A DNA stretch of 64,000 bases from contig CP075492.1 of NCBI GenBank assembly GCA_021613535.1, positions 4,526,001 through 4,590,000 of the forward strand, given 5' to 3'. Below the pieces are notes generated by a model. The model ran no database searches. It saw only the letters and a list, made by a program, of their open reading frames with translations, and was not told the origin of the DNA. This DNA is from Adineta vaga (lineage: Eukaryota; Animalia; Rotifera). The position numbers and the translations under genes are program-made. Shown piece after piece: positions 63,026-64,000 of this stretch (positions are counted from its first letter, which is position 1; each line of letters opens with the position of its first letter).

Positions 63026-64000
63026 TTAATGCGTTCGATCATTACTCTTAGTGAATTTGTATAAAAAAATCGATCCAGTTAATATTGTAATTAAACCGAA
63101 AAAAAATGGACGACGATACTTTGTGAAAAGAAGAGATAATATCGAAGTATCTTTATTCTCATTTAATACTGGTGATTGTTGATGTAATTTGGCTTTCATT
63201 TCATTGACTTTCTTTTCAATACCTTCATTACGTTTTAAACGTTCTTGACGAAGACGAAGTGATGTTTCCGTATCATTTCTAAATACAATTCAATGAAAAA
63301 ATTAAATCAAATCAAAACAAATTTCTTCTTACATTGTTGGTGAACGATTATCAGCACGTTGTCGTAACTCATGATTGATGTCTTCAAGACTTTTGCTTAA
63401 TTTTGAATCATTTTCATTATCACTTTCACTTAATTCATCAAAATCACTTTCATCAAATGAACATTCACATTGTTCAAGTTCATTGAGTTCTTTCAAACCA
63501 GCGATAATAGCCATATATGAAAATCTAATTTCGCAAATTTTAAAGAGATATTCATTTAGGAAATATCTTTACCTAAGTTGTTCAGGTGTTTGAATAAGAC
63601 CGTGACGTTGTGTACGAATATGAGCGAGAACTTCAGTTAACGATATATCATTCAGATTATCTGTATTAGCTAACTAAAAGCAAAACGATGTCAAATTGAA
63701 ATAGAAATTTTTTGAATTTTTTACCATTTTCAAAATACTATCAACAAGAACAAATGTTCCAGATCGACCAATACCTGAATAGTAGACAAGCACATGTTTA
63801 TAAGAAGAAATGAAATTTGAAAATCATTATACCAGCACTACAATGAAGAATGGGTGCACCAAATCGAGGATCGAACGCACCACATTGACGAACATCACAT
63901 AATAATTGGAGAAATGGTTCAGGACTACTTGGTGCACCATGATCTGGCCATTCAAAATCTGACCAATGAATTATTGGACGGGTTTCTCCTGTCTAAATAA
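63026..64000 (-). CDS. Non-receptor protein tyrosine phosphatase PTP1B/TC-PTP-like, 3' part, with C-terminal tail anchor
   Basis: WPDHG loop, HCSAG|IGRSGTF, R..RHGLIQTPEQLRFSY, C-terminal FFFGLITILTGSIFLY; TAA at 63028-63026. Confidence 0.9.

Overview
AT-rich eukaryotic (metazoan) genomic DNA with compact genes and many ~45-65 nt GT-AG introns. Gene content fits a bdelloid rotifer (inference): expanded rhodopsin-like GPCRs, an F-box/LRR gene with 84-nt exons, FG-GAP remnants and bacterial-type genes among animal genes. Position 0-12.6 kb is an accessory or immune-like block: MAM protein, ankyrin protein, bacterial-type DmpA aminopeptidase, two DED-transmembrane genes, a B-box/coiled-coil gene, a PARP-like ADP-ribosyltransferase and a Shisa/CYYR1-like protein. 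Five of these eight genes carry stops or frameshifts. Position 12.7-50.6 kb holds intact, mostly conserved genes: HEXD-like, PHM, a bacterial-type SF2 helicase with introns, NT5DC1, three GPCRs, an MKP phosphatase, NEDD8, G3BP, GOLGA7 and an RGS12/loco locus. Position 51.7-62.9 kb is a gene-poor, repeat-rich stretch bracketed by two identical 5S rRNA genes, followed by the 3' part of a PTP1B-like gene. Best novelty candidates: (1) an intact type II membrane protein joining a cytoplasmic death effector domain to two extracellular defensin-like (CSalpha-beta) modules on phase-1 exons, with a decayed paralogue; (2) an RGS12/loco locus with a duplicated RGS cassette and six phase-0 candidate alternative first exons. 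All gene models were spliced and translated by hand; no database searches were run.
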